A stretch of DNA of 64,000 nucleotides from Octopus bimaculoides (lineage: Eukaryota). The DNA lies in assembly GCF_001194135.2 (NCBI RefSeq), contig NC_068995.1, positions 32,889,974 to 32,953,973 of the forward strand, read 5' to 3'. Position numbers and translations under genes: made by a program. Below are positions 26,308-41,100 of this stretch, in pieces. How positions within the stretch are numbered: the first letter of the stretch is position 1; the number at the start of each line of letters is the position of its first letter. The notes below the pieces were generated by a model. It did not search any database. It saw nothing but the letters and a program-made list of their open reading frames with translations, and had not been told where the DNA came from.

Positions 26308-26701
26308 GAGTGGCTGCGTGGTAAGTAGCTTGCTTACCAACCACACGGTTCTGGGTCCATTCCCACTGCATGGCACCTTGGGCAAGTGTCTTCTACTATA
26401 GCCTCGGGCCGACCAAAACCTTGTGAGTGGATTTGGTAGACGGAAACTGAAAGATCCCATCGTATATATGTATGTATATATGTGTGTGTGTGTGTTTGTG
26501 TGTCTGTGTTTGTCCCCCCCAACATCGCTTGACAACCGATGGTGGTGTGTTTACGTCCCCATAACCTAGCGGTTCGGCAAAAAGAGAGCGATAGAATAAG
26601 TACTAGGCTTACAAAGAATAAGTCCTGGGGTCTATTTGCTCGACTAAAGGCGGTGCTCCAGCATGGCCGCAGTCAAATGACTGAAACGAGTAAAAGAGTA
26701 A
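26308..26701 (+). mobile_element. tRNA-headed SINE family A, near full length
   Basis: Nearly identical to 3498-3894, including the 3' end ctgaaac(a/g)agtaaaagagta. Confidence 0.75.
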
Positions 26702-27937
26702 CATATGTTGCAGATTGAAGCTAACACTGAATATTTACAACATCTAATATGATCATAAGTTACAGGAGACAGCAAATCAACCTCATTCTAAATATTAATA
26801 TATGTATCAAATGCACATTTAATCATTTAATCTAAAAACTCTCCAAGAACCACATTTCTGTAAATACCTCTACTGATATTTAATATAGCTTGAGTTATTA
26901 GATTTCATCTGTAAATGGTTGTTCACTGCCCACTATTGAAGTACTTTTCTGGTAGTGGGCAGTGGGATGTTCTAACGACTCTGCCAATTTATTTACCTAT
27001 TTAGAGACTAAATTACACATATTCCATTTACATGAAAAACAGTAGTGGAAATTCATGTGGACATATTCAACATAGATGGTATTAAAAGCTAACTGGAAAT
27101 ATATATGGTGAGAGGGGGAAAATAGTCAGTCTATTGCAAAATAACATTGATTATTCTTCAAACTTTTTTATTTTTGCACAGTTGCTTTTAGTATTGCTTT
27201 TATTCCTGTTATCGTGATCCTTTTAAGATAACTGTTTTTACCTTCTTTATGTTATCTTCACTCTCCATTCAGATGGATTCCCCCCTCTGCCCTTTATAAT
27301 CATTTGTTTCTCTACTAACCTATACTTTTGTGTCATTTCTCCTCACTTAATAGTTCACATCTCGTATTCATCACTGAAAATAATGTAATCTTGCTTATCT
27401 TAGATTTATTCTTCTTGCCTCCATCCCCTCTTTCTCAGATTTTTTGATAAGAGCAGTTTCTATACTGGAGCAAGACACTATCACATAAACAAGATGACTT
27501 ATGATTAAACACTTCATGAGGCAATTGATATCTTTCGCTTCTTCGTATTCCAGCAGAGTGAGAAGAGAACTATTTTTATTCATGGTTGAATTTGTTTGGG
27601 TGAGGGGTAGGATGGTAGAAGCACATTGCCATCATAATAAATCACATTAACATAATATTGCTCTTACTTTTAACTTTGTCTTGTATTGTAATACCAGCAT
27701 TTGCATAAAATCTCATACAAAATTATTGTAATCTAAATATATTTGTTTATTTAAAATGATAGTAAAATCTTAATTCAATTTTAATAAAAAAAACACCCCT
27801 GTTATAGTTCATTTTGAATGCCATCAGCTCACTCTCTGCTGCTCTCATTCACTGCAATCCTGTGAAATTGATCACCTGTACAGACATCAGACTCTAAGTG
27901 TGAATCTTTTTGTCGTCTATACTGAGAATCTGTGGAC

Positions 27938-27970
<33 letters not shown>

Positions 27971-28662
27971 GTGTGGTGTGTGTGTGTGTATATATATATA
28001 TATACACATACATACAGAGAGAGAGAGATAGAGAGAGCACCAGAAGCAGTATTAATACAAAAAGGTAAACTATTCACCTCTTAAAAGTGGATGCAGCATT
28101 AGAACACTAAATACTGCAATGTTTACCAATAGAGAAAGTCTCCTATAGTTTATCAGTACATAAAAGCACATCATACTTATTGCAAGCATGGCTGTGTGGT
28201 AAGAAGCTTGTATCCTAACCACATGGTTTCAGACTCAGTCCTATTGCATGGCACCTTGGACAAGTATCTTCTTTCATATCTCTAAAAAGAGAGAGAGTTA
28301 TAAAAATGAAATGACTTGGGTACTTATTGGCTTGGACTATTAGTAGATCTTGAATTCAAGTCTATTGCAAGCATTATATTGTGTATTTAAGTAATGTATT
28401 TAATTCTGCTCAAATCAGTTTACTTATCATTTGTGAATGGGTACCTGGCCCAAAATATGTGTACATGGGCTACCATTCAATTTCTGTCTATGAAGTTTTA
28501 CTCTCAAGGTATTGGTCAACCTGAGGCTATTATAGAAGACACTTGCATAAAGTACCACCCCTTAATGGAATTAAACTTGAAACCTCATGGTTGCAAAGAG
28601 AGCTTTTAAACATACAGCCATACCAGCGCGCACGCACACACATGCACATTCACACATACAAA

Positions 28663-28696
<34 letters not shown>

Positions 28697-28864
28697 TGTA
28701 GAGTGTTAGGTGTGATGTACAGAATTAAATATTGAAAAAATGTCGTCAGAATTTTGGAATAACTTCTTTCATTTATTTTATACATATATTTGCGCTTTCG
28801 TTCGTCTTTCGAACTTATCAAATATATATANNNNNNNNNNNNNNNNNNNNNNNNNNNNNNNNNN

Positions 28865-28898
<34 letters not shown>

Positions 28899-29564
28899 AC
28901 GTGTATGTACATACATATATGTGTTTGTGTATGTATGTATGTATATGTATTTATATCAATATATACATTGATGTAAATAGTAAAAAAAAAAAAAAAGTTT
29001 CACCTCTTGCAGTAAGGTTAATATAATCTGAAAAATTATAATCATATTTACATTTTTTATTTTTTTATTTTTTGCTTTTGTATTATCAGCAGCTGTGACT
29101 CTAATGAACAGATTGCAAGTCCATTATGGTTTTATTGTGGCTCTTGTCTTCATAGCTACTGTTGTACTTGTTCTTGTTATTTCTGCTCAAGTGTATTCCT
29201 TATGTTGTCATATAATGTGATAAAATTGATTTAGTAAACTATGTTTCAAGGTAATATATTTTGTTTTTCATAAAAGTAGTGAACTGGCAGAATCTTTAGC
29301 ACAACAGATAAAATGCTTAGTGGTGTTTTGTCTGTCTTTATGTTCTGAGTTCAAATTCTGCTGTGGTTGACTTTGCCTTTCATCCTTTTGGGGTCAATAA
29401 AATATGGAGCAGTTGAGCACTAGGGTCGATGTAATTAATTTACCCCTTCCCTCAAAATGCTGGCCTTGTGCCAAAATTTGAAGTGAAAATATTTTGTTCC
29501 CATTAACTTACAGTTGCAATATACATTATGTTGTATTCACTGTATTTCTATTTTTATTTTTCAG

Positions 29565-29708
29565 GAAAGTCAGACAGCTTCTAGAAGATGGTATTGATCC
29601 CAATGCGCTGTTCCATGATGATGATATTGCTCCAATTCATTTGGGCCCTGGAATTAATAAATCCATCACACATTTACTGCTTGAATATGGTGGCAACCCT
29701 AACCTCAG
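29565..29708 (+). CDS. ANKLE1: ANKLE1 coding exon A (ankyrin): KVRQLLEDGIDPNALFHDDDIAPIHLGPGINKSITHLLLEYGGNPNL
   Basis: Acceptor ttttattttttcag| at 29564 and donor ctcag|gtattt at 29709. 144 nt, phase 2 to phase 2, with ankyrin LLxxGxDPN / LLLEYGGNPN motifs. Confidence 0.9.
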
Positions 29709-30885
29709 GTATTTATTTGCCTTCTCTCTATATTTTGGATATTCAGGGTGTTTCATTTGTCCTCTGAATTCTGAAACTACTCTCACCCCAACTTTGATGA
29801 TGTTCAGAATCTTGATGTTTTAGACAACCAATTTTTCTTTTTTAATGTTATTCATACAATAGTGGAGGCACGTAGCTTAGTGGTTAGGGTGCAAGACCCA
29901 TGAGTGTGAAATTGTGGTTTCAATTCCTAAAATATTTCATTTCATGTTGCTCTGTTCCACTCAGCAGGCAAAAATGAGTAATCATGCAACAGCCCAGTGT
30001 CCTGTTCAGGTGGGGAATATATGCACCATGGAAACTAGCAAACCAACCTGAGTCTATATGGTTTGGGAAGGATCTTTATCTGTTTTTTAAATTTTTTTTA
30101 TTCATATGATAAGGCTGGTGATAGTAGACTTGGTAGAGTGCTTCACAAAATATCTTGTGACTTCAAAGTTCCAACCAGCTAAGCCATCGTTGGACAGCTG
30201 ATGATGGCTTAGTTGACCAAAACTTAGACAATGTTATTCTTGTTAAAGAATAATATATATATATTATTAGTGGTGCAAGGCAAAATAGAAGAGTGGCTGC
30301 AAATACACTGTCTGCACCAACCCATGATCCTTGTACTTGTAAATCACTGCCGGGATTCAAATGTCACATTCAATATAAGCAATATAACTGACAAAGGAAG
30401 GGTAGGTTGTTGGTTCCTGATACATCAAGACCGACAGGAGAGTCCATCATATATATATATTTACTAAAGATGTGATTAAGACTTAGTGAAGTCCTAAAAA
30501 GTTTATGAAGAGGTTGATTTAGGTGATTTCTTGAAAAGTTTGGCAGCTTTACTTTTAGTCATTCACCTATTTTATGTCTTACACTGTTCTTAGTAGTGAA
30601 CTTATTTTATTCATATTTGTCTGGAATCCTGTCACTTCACCTTTATTGTTAATAACAGGAATTAGCCTAAATTCTTAATTATTCATACTGACACGCACAC
30701 ACTGTCTTTCTCTTCTAAAAACCACTTAAGCACTTCCATTCTCCTTTATCCCACTGTTTAACACATTATCTCTCTCTCCCACACTCTTCCTACATCCTTG
30801 GGATACTTCCTCTCTTTCAGTCTGATAATTCCCACCTCTTGCTTTTCCCCTTTATTCTCTCCTTTTTCTTTCACACACACACACA

Positions 30886-30922
<37 letters not shown>

Positions 30923-33900
30923 TCTATATCTCACACACACGTAATCTCTCTCTCACACACACACACTCTCTCTCATACACTGTCCGTCTCTCTTACAAAC
31001 ACTGTCTCACATACACACTCTATCTCTGTCTGTCTGTCTGTCTGTCTGTTTCTCTCACACATGTACATATACAGGTTTTCAACTGTTTCCCATCATTACT
31101 ATTACTAATTAACTAATGCTCTAACTCTCATTAACCAATACTTTTCTAATTATATTCTCATTTGGTGTGGTGGTGTATTGCATTATATATATTCCTTTCA
31201 TAAATTCATGTTACCGATGGAGAGCTGGAAGACTAGCAGAGAACTGTAGAGTATATGTAGGATGGAGGCATATGGCTTTGTGGTTGGACTCATGATTGTA
31301 AGATTGTGGTTTCGATTCCTGGACCAGGCAACACATTGTGTTCTTGGTCAAAACCCTTCATTTCATGCCACTCCAGTCTACTCAGCCGGCAAAAATGAGT
31401 AATCCTGCAACAGTTCAGCGTTCCATCCATTGGGGTAATATATATGCCATGGGTAACAGGAAACTGGCTCTATGAGTCTATATGACTTGGGAAGGATCTT
31501 TATCCTTTATATATGGGTGGTCAAGAGGAGGTGCTGTCTGGTGGACTGGCAAAAAAGTATGGAAAGCACATGAAGTAGAGAAATAAAGGTGCCAATTGGT
31601 ACATTGGCAAAAACTGTAGAGTACATGTGGGCAAAGGAAGAAGAGTGGCATGTGTTTGTGTGTGGCGGGTGTTGTACAATATTTGTTCTTTTATGTTCTA
31701 AGTTCAAATCTCACTTTGAATTGACATTACTTTGATCTTTCCAGAGTCAGTAAGAAGATCCAGGGCCTTTATAACCCTTTTGTTACCATATTTCTATTGA
31801 AATACACTTCCTCCATTTCAATTAATTTTGAAGTAATCAGCACACACTGTAAAGTAGTTGGTGTTAGGAAGATTGAAACATTCTTTTTTGTTTTTGCATA
31901 TTCATAATCTCCGACATCTAAAACGTAGGAATCAGAAAAAAGTTTTAAAAAAAAATGCATTTTTCAAGGAGAGGTGCGAAACTACATTAGCCCCAAAATT
32001 TTGATGGAACATTTTTACTTTAGATTACTTTAAGATAGGAAGTTTGTATCGTAGAACTGGAGATTGTCTCAGATGGATTTGATATCAAAAGGGTTTATTG
32101 ATTTTAACCCACATCATGACAAAATTCTGGCTTTATACCATTGTGAGAAATAATATTTTGTTTCTAGAAATTAGTGAAGTACTAGACTGGAGTTAATATA
32201 ATGAGTGCCATACATTTAACATTCAGATTCCTCTGTCACATGTAATGCTTTTTTATTCACATTGTTTTGAATTAATCAAGCAATATCAGACATAGCTGTG
32301 TGGTAAGAAGCTTGCTTTCCAACCATATGGTTCCAAGTTCAGACTCACTGCGTGGCACCTTGGGCAAGTCTTCTACTATAGTCTTAGGTCAACCCAAACC
32401 TTGTCAGTAGATTTGGTAGATGGAAACTGAAAGAAGCCTGTCATGTGTGTGTGTGTTTGTGTTTCTGTACTTGTCTTCCAACATTGCTTCACATCTGGTG
32501 TTGGTGTTTTTACATCCCCATAACTAAGCAGTTCTGCAAAAGAAACTGATAGCATAAGTACCACGCTTATTAAACTTAAAATCCTTCAACGCAGTGCCCC
32601 AGCATGGTCGCAGTCTAATGACTGAAACAAGTAAAAGATAAAAGATATCTTTTAACTTCAAGATTTCAAAGATGTGATTGTTAATTTTTAGAATGACATT
32701 GTAGGGTAGATGTGGGTGGCTAGATGTGACTGGTTTGAACATAAAACTGGTAGAATATTTCAGTCAGATATGGCCAGTTTAAATGCTAAAATATGCGAAC
32801 AAACAAACACTGGTTGTCAAGAGGTGGGGCAACCATAAACACAAAAACACACACACATATATATGTAATATATATGATAGCGTACACACACACGAGGGAG
32901 TACTGAAAAGTTCCTGGATTTGGGTAAAAGAAAATATAGGAGAATCAGTTAACTATGATTTTATTCAACATATTTCCCTCTCAGATTCACATACTTATTG
33001 CAGCAGCCCTTCAGTTTTTCTAAGCCCTGTAAAAGAAGTTGGTAGGTTGGGTTTCCAACTAGGTCTTTTGTGATACCCTTAAAGCCAAGAACTTTTCAGT
33101 AGCCCCTTGTATATACACACATTGAGCTTTCACAGTTTCCATCTACAAAATTCAAATTCACTCACAAGGCATTGGTTGGTGAAAGGCTATAGTAGAAGGT
33201 ACTTGTCCAAGGTTCTGTGCAGTGGGATTGAATCTGAAATCACGTAGTTGCAAAGTGAGCTTTTTAACCACGTTCATATGAAAAAGTTCTTAACCAAAAT
33301 TTATATGAAAATGTTTTTTAAAAGATTAATTCCCTTGAGACCTTATGTGTTACTCCACAACCAACAAATATAGTTGTTTGTTAATTGCCGAGTAAACTTC
33401 ATGAGGATGGTAGATAAAAGAATTGGTAGAGCATCTGAAAAAATTGTAGTATGTTATCTTTTAATTGTTACTTGTTTCAGTTGTTAGACTACAGCCATTG
33501 AAATTTTAATCAAATGAATCAACCCAGTACTTTTTTTTTGAGCCTGATACTTATTCTATTTTCCCTTTTGCCAAACTGCTAAGTTACTGGGGCATAAGTA
33601 CACCAGCACCAGTTGTCAAGCAATGGTGGGGGATGAACACAGATACAAACACATACACACAATGCGCTTTTGTTAGTTTCTCTGTCTTCCAAATCCGCTT
33701 ACAAGGCTTTGGTTGGCCCGAGGCTATAGTAGAAAACACTCGACAAAGATACCACACAGTGGGTCTAAAACTGGAGCCATGTAGTTGGGAAGCAAGCGTC
33801 TTACCATGCAGCCACCCTTGCACCTACATAATGTTCTTTTACATTCTGAGTTCAAATTCGTACAAGGCCAATTTTGCTTGTCAACTTTTCTAAGGCCAAT

Positions 33901-36267
33901 TAAATAGTACCATCTGGTTACTGGAATTGATTTGATCAGCATTTCCATTCCCCTATCAATGCTTTGTACATTGTTAAAAAAAAAATCAACATTATAATAG
34001 TTCTACTTAGCTGCCTCTTCTCCTTTGTTAATTATACTTTTTAACAATGCTCTTGACGAAGCACAAATGCCACAGCTTCCCATTTTTCTTCTCTCACTCT
34101 CTATAAATTCTTGGTATTTATTTAAGGAAAGTATAGTTACTGCATAGATGAAGTAGGCAACTCTTGAAGCTGAAGTTTATCTTCTATTGCAGACGTTACA
34201 TGCTCTTAGACAGCTTTCCTTATCTAAGACATTGCTTATTTTAGAAGTTTTAAAGTGGCAGGTACCAACCGTATTGTTATCAAACGTTTTTGTGAATTGG
34301 TTTTGTAACCTTGTTTTGATTCGTGGTAGGGACCTGTTCACCTTCCTTTGCTGCTAATACTTTCCTACCTTCTGTAGAATATATGAAGGTAGGCTTTGTA
34401 AAAAAACTTTGCTGTCATTGTTGTTGATGTTGTCATCATTGCCCTCATTCTCCTCCTCTTTCTTCCCACCATCATCATCATCAGCAGCAGCAGCGTTAGG
34501 GTGAACTGGTTGAAACAATAGATTTCTGAATTAAACTATTTTCATTGTCATCACATCCATTTTTTTTATGCTGTCTTTGTTTCATACTGCAAAAGTTTTG
34601 AGTTTGAATTCCATCAGGATTGGGAAAAATAACATTATTTATACTATTAAACCTTGGGAGAGGCATTATGCCAGTAATAAACACACGCACTGGTTTGGTC
34701 CTTTATTTATTTGTAAACAGTATTTAGGTTTTTTTTGTTTGTTTGTTTGTTTGTTAAATCATTTCATTGCACTCTTGCAATCTCTTCAGTAACCTGTCTC
34801 TCCACTTCCATTTATTTAAGCGTTGTTTTGAAATTGTCTGGTATGAGCATGTGAGTGTGTTCACGCTCGTATTTATATTTGATGGATATTTGTCCTCATC
34901 CGTTTGTTGTTAACACAACGTTTCACCTGATATACCCTCCAGCATTCATCAGGTGTCTTGGGGAAATTTCGAACCTGGGTTCTCATTCCTAAGGTATTTT
35001 TCGATGTTAAGGCGCAGGCATGCACCATGCCGACCAGGTCTATCTACTAACCCCAAGATTCCAAGTTCGATTCCAGGCAGTGACCTGAATAATAATAATA
35101 ATTAATTCTGGTTTTATTGGCCACAAGTGCTAACATAAAATCAAAAACATGTAAGGGCAAACACCAAACAAAAAGTAGAAAGAGTTTTGCGAAAAAGAAA
35201 GGTCTGTGTAAACATTAAAATAATAGCGAAAAAATATAACAGTTAGAAAGAACTCTCAATAGGGGGATGCACTTTGAAAAGTTACTTGTGGAAAAACCCA
35301 TAAAAGCCACGGGAGCCTGGTCAAAAAGAGATAGCCCCTTTTATATTACCCTTTTTTTTTTTTACAGGTGTAATCTCAGAATTAGTCTGTTCATGCTGGC
35401 CATTTTACCAACATTCACCCACCTTTCAATAAATTTGCTATGAGACAGCACTTCCCTCTCTACTCTCATCTTCCTTTTCAAGTGGAACTTGAAAAAGTTG
35501 ATGAGGCCTGGCCAAAGAGGAAAGTCTGACTTTAGCCCTTTCAAACGGGTCCACCATGCCACCTCTTTCGCTACAGCCACTAGACAAAGGAAAATTGCCC
35601 TGCCCTCCCGGTTAAAGGAGGTTGGGGGGGCAATCTTCATAATGGATTCAGCTGATAGCCGGATCCGTCCTACACGAGACAGTAGCTGTTCGACATAAAC
35701 CCATAGGTCAGCAATACTCGGGCACTGGATGAGTGCGTGTAGAACGGTTTCATCGCACTGAGCGCACCTCAGGCAGGCCCTGCTGACGGCACTTCTGTGC
35801 TGGTAGAGTTTATCTTCATATTGGAGGTCAGTTTAAATGTATCCCTTTCAAAAGAAATCCCTGCTGCTACTACCACCATCATCAACACCACCACCACCAC
35901 TACTACTATGAGAAAGATAGATTGGTATATAAACTCCTTTCCACAGTTAAGAGGAATGGAATTTTGAGTGGATGTACCCAATTTTCACATTAAAAGGGTT
36001 ATTTGATCTAGTTGGCAATACCAAACAACATAGGAATGTTACCTGCAGTAAATGCATCTTCTATTTAATACCATAAAAACAGTGCTAAACACAAAGACAC
36101 CACAAGGTTTAGGAAGTGTTTATATTATCTTTTGTAAAAGACCATCGATGCTTGGCTAACTTATCTATCCATTTCTTCATTGGCTCTGCATGTTCTTCCT
36201 TGATTCTCCATGGAATTTTTCTTTGCCACTATACTTTTTATCTTTCAGAAGACAAAATGTATGTGTG

Positions 36268-36342
<75 letters not shown>

Positions 36343-38102
36343 ATACACTATTAGATTAGTACTACATAAAATGAATGTTGGTTCCTTACACTGTATTGAT
36401 GACAAACCAGTCTGGCAGTTCCTTTGTTTCTAGGCTTTACTGTAGGCTAACAAAATACTTGATAATTTATACAAGTCATGGCCAAAATGTGGCCCTTGTG
36501 ACTTTATGAATTTTTTTGATCGTGTCTTATGTGGCCTGCTTCTCAAAAAATGTGGCCCATGCCTGATTTATGCAGTACTCAGAGGGTAGAGGATCAACAG
36601 TAGTTGCTTTGTGGTATTTATTTACAACCTTTTACTTTCTGAGTTCAATATTCTTCCAAGCTCAGCTTTAACTTTCTGGGGTCAATGAAGTTGCAGCAAT
36701 TGAGTGCTGAGATCACTATAATTGACTCGAATTTTAGTCCTTGTGCCTATGTAAGAAATCAGCTATAACAACTCTTGTTTGCTTGTATTTATTTGTAGTT
36801 TATATACACTAAGCCAGTAGGGAAGAGGGCAGTTCTAGAGACTAGTTGCAAACTGTCAATTTCTCCAATTAGGGTCTGACACTGATAAATGGCAGTTCTC
36901 TAAAAAAATATACAATTTTATTAAAAAAAAAAGATTATGTTCATTTATGCTTGAATATAGAAACTTTATTGTTATTCATAGTTGTTGACTCAGAAACATA
37001 TGGCAAACAAGGTAGGAGGAAGAACACCACCACCACCACCACCGTTTTAACCCTTTTGTTACCATATTTCTGTTAACATATAATGCTTTTGTTCCAATTG
37101 AAGTTTTAAAATGATGAAGAATTTAGTAAAATAACTTTTTCATTATTAAGCTGGTGACATACAATTCTGAAGGAAGATTATAATTTAGATCACTTTAAAA
37201 CAGTAAGTTTGCATCATGGAACCAGGGGGGCAGCTTCAGGTGTGTTGGTATCCAAAGGGTTAATGTCCACTTTTCCATGCTAGCATTGGGTCAGATTTTC
37301 TGATAGGATGCCCTGTTACCACCCTCACTTGTTCCAAGCAAAATAATATTTTCCCCATTACCTTAGATTTTCTCAACGAATATTTGAAATTAATGACACT
37401 GAGTCTATGAGAGTGACACTCATTTACAAGTAGTGCATAATATGAAGACAAGGAAGGCACGTGTGTGTGTGTGCATGCATATGTGTGTGTGCGTGCACGC
37501 ACGTGCATCTTCTTCATATTGATAGTTATAAACAAGTGATACTGTCATTAAAGTGGTGTTCCTTTCTAATCTGAAAATATGTCTGGCCATGGGAGAAATG
37601 CTACCTTTCTTTGGAACAGGTGAAGAACAGTGACAAAAAGGGCATCTGGCAGTAGAACGTCTGCCTCAATGAATTCCATTTGGCTCATGCAAGCAGGGAA
37701 AAGCGAACATTATGGTGATGGTATATGTATTGTGCATGTGTGTTCATATCTATGTATATACATGTAGATATGTGTGTGTCTGTGTGCTGCTGCTTGTGTT
37801 TGTGTGCATTCTGTAAATAAGTATATGATTAAATATAGGACAGATTGTAATGAGGGCAGGATGATATTAACTTCATTAAATGTCACATAACTGTCATTGT
37901 TTCATATTATTTATTTATTAGTATATTTTCACTTCTTTCTTTCTTTTTTTTTTTTTGACTTCTGTTGGTCGTGGGGAATGGCTTGGGTATATCATGTCTG
38001 AAGGTCTGAAGTAGATTGTTAAAATTACTTATTTAATAGTAGAATTATGTGAACCTAATCTGCACATGACTGAACTTCAGGGTTAATGTTTACTGAAGTA
38101 TC

Positions 38103-38155
<53 letters not shown>

Positions 38156-41100
38156 CGGACAGAGACAGAAATAATTTTCATTTTGGGTTTTTGAAAAGAC
38201 CTTTTGTTTGATGAATTACTAAGGTTCTTTGTGAAATATGATGAGAGTTATTCCTGAAAGGGAAACTTCAGAAACCATCAGTTGAAGGTGTGTTCTGAGT
38301 GGTATGTAAAAAGTAGGGCTTGGTTATTGGAATTTTATTTGTAAGGGCTGTAGAGAAAGAGTTCTTTTGTGTATACTTACATGTATATAGATTGTGTGTG
38401 TATAAATATCTAATTTGCTGAAGATAGCCAACATGTTCCCTAATGGTTCTGTTTTATTGATACTCATTGCCATCATTGATACTCCTATTAACCATTTAGC
38501 GTATGTATTACTTTGTCAAATGTAATGCTTATTTATTCACACTTTTCTGAATTAATCATGCATCACTTTATAGCTTTGAGATTTTGATTTGTGATTGTTT
38601 ATTTCTAGAATGACAATGTAGGGTAAGTGTAACATGCCAGTTTTAGCCAGTTTGAACATAAAAAGGTAGAATATTTGGACCAAATATGGTTGGTTTAAAT
38701 GTTAAAGGGTTAATGCAACTAGCATCATAACTGCATATATTTAGAGTCAGTTGAGATTAAAAAAAGCAGGAGGTGTCAGTGTTACTGTGGTTCACAAAAA
38801 TGTTTAACTACCTCAGTGTTATTCAGGAATCATAGGTGTACATGGTGTTGGTTTGGTAAGCAGAAAGAATTGGATAGAAGTAGATAAAATAGGAGAATGG
38901 TGTCATGATTCTATATCATTTGATAATTGACATTTCCTAGTAGCTTAGATAATATACAAGCAGGAAGAGAAATACAAATATAATGAAAAAAAAAAAAGCA
39001 ATCGTATTCCTCATATTCCTTTTGGTTCACACTAAAGAAATAAGGAAGTATTTTCTAGATGTCTTTCATGAAAATAGGTTTCACTTGAAGCTTTATTGCT
39101 ATACCATCTTCACTGCTTAATAAACATCATAACTTCCTTAGTATCACCATTCTGATATCGACATTTTGAAATTAATGTTTCATTTAACTTTAACCCTTTG
39201 GCATTCAGATTACTTTGTCAAATGTAATTGCTTATTTATTCACATTGTTTTAAATTAATCATGCATTATCTTGTAACTTTGAGATTTTGATGATGTGATT
39301 GTTTATTTCTTTAGAACGATATTGTAGGGTAGGTGTGAAAGACCAGATATAGGTTTGACCAACTTGAACATACAAACAGGTAGAATGTTTTGACTGATAA
39401 GCCAGTTCAAGTGCTAAAGAGTTAATGTCAAACTGTTGTTGTGGATACACATTTGACTGCAGTCATTGTTGACATTAGGGTAAGAGTTTGAGTGGTTGTA
39501 ATGGCTTGAAATATAATTTTTATGACATAAGCAAGCACAGAATATGTTCATAAAAATATGTTACAATGAATGATTATATGAACATGTGTATCTGTCTGGA
39601 AATGCTAGTATATCGATTTCTTAAATTGACAGGTGCCTTGCAGTTGCATTGACTTCAGTCTATAACTAAAGTTTATTTTTCTTGAAAAGTGAAAAACAAA
39701 CCTGATCATGATAGTATTGGAAGTTAGAACAAAGAGCAATAGCTTTCAGTCTCATGCATAAACAGCTACTTGCATTCAAACCAAAATACTTACCAACTTT
39801 TTTTACTTCCATTTATTTTTTCTACTTTATGGAAGTCAGTATTTTCCCTGTTGACATCCACCTCAGTTAATTTTACTTTTCTCCCAGTTCTGTGCTTTCT
39901 AGAAGAAAAGCCCTCACATTATCTCAAAGCTACGAGAATTCACTAATGTGATTTATTTATTTTTTTAAAAAGATTTCATACAGGAATTAGATACAACAGA
40001 TTTTGGCTGGTTTAAACACTAAAGGGTTAAAAAGTGCCAAAATTATAAAATCAGCTTTTCTGGCCTTTTTGAGGACTTTGGAACCCCAAAACTTTTTTTT
40101 TTTTTTTTTTNNNNNNNNNNNNNNNNNNNNNNNNNNNNNNNNNNNNNNNNNNNNNNNNNNNNNNNNNNNNNNNNNNNNNNNNNNNNNNNNNNNNNNNNNN
40201 NNNNNNNNNNNNNNNNNNNNNNNNNNNNNNNNNNNNNNNNNNNNNNNNNNNNNNNNNNNNNNNNNNNNNNNNNNNNNNNNNNNNNNNNNNNNNNNNNNNN
40301 NNNNNNNNNNNNNNNNNNNNNNNNNNNNNNNNNNNNNNNNNNNNNNNNNNNNNNNNNNNNNNNNNNNNNNNNNNNNNNNNNNNNNNNNNNNNNNNNNNNN
40401 NNNNNNNNNNNNNNNNNNNNNNNNNNNNNNNNNNNNNNNNNNNNNNNNNNNNNNNNNNNNNNNNNNNNNNNNNNNNNNNNNNNNNNNNNNNNNNNNNNNN
40501 NNNNNNNNNNNNNNNNNNNNNNNNNNNNNNNNNNNNNNNNNNNNNNNNNNNNNNNNNNNNNNNNNNNNNNNNNNNNNNNNNNNNNNNNNNNNNNNNNNNN
40601 NNNNNNNNNNNNGTTGAAAGAATGACACATACAATACTGAATATGTTAAGACAATCTGAAAACAATAGAAACTTTGAAGCGTTTACCAGTTTTTATGAAA
40701 TTTTTGGATTAACGGACTTGAGTTAATGAAAGCTAAATGTAATGGAAGTTAATTAGTCCGATAATGATTTTCAAAGTTAACTTAAAAGTTAAACTGCTAA
40801 CGAAAATGTTAGCTTTGTTAATTAATGATTAATGGACTTATGCCCAGCTCTGCATATATGTATATACATACTCTCGGAGTGGTTGGCGTTAGGAAGGGCA
40901 TCCAGCTGTAGAAACTCTGCCAAATTAGATTGGAGCCTGGTGTTGCCTCCTGGTCCACTTGTCCTCAGTCAAATCGTCCATCCGATGCTAGCATGGAAAG
41001 CGGACGTTAAACGATGATGATGATAACAGTTTCAGTTTCCGTCTACCAAATCCACTCAGGGCTTTGGTCAGCCTGAGGCTATAGTAGAAGACATTTGCCC

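Noticed and set aside
39987-40665. ORFs of about 200 aa around 40111-40611
   Set aside because: N-gap artefacts. The same applies to 58926-59684, 62583-62987, 28732-29026 and 5436-5650.
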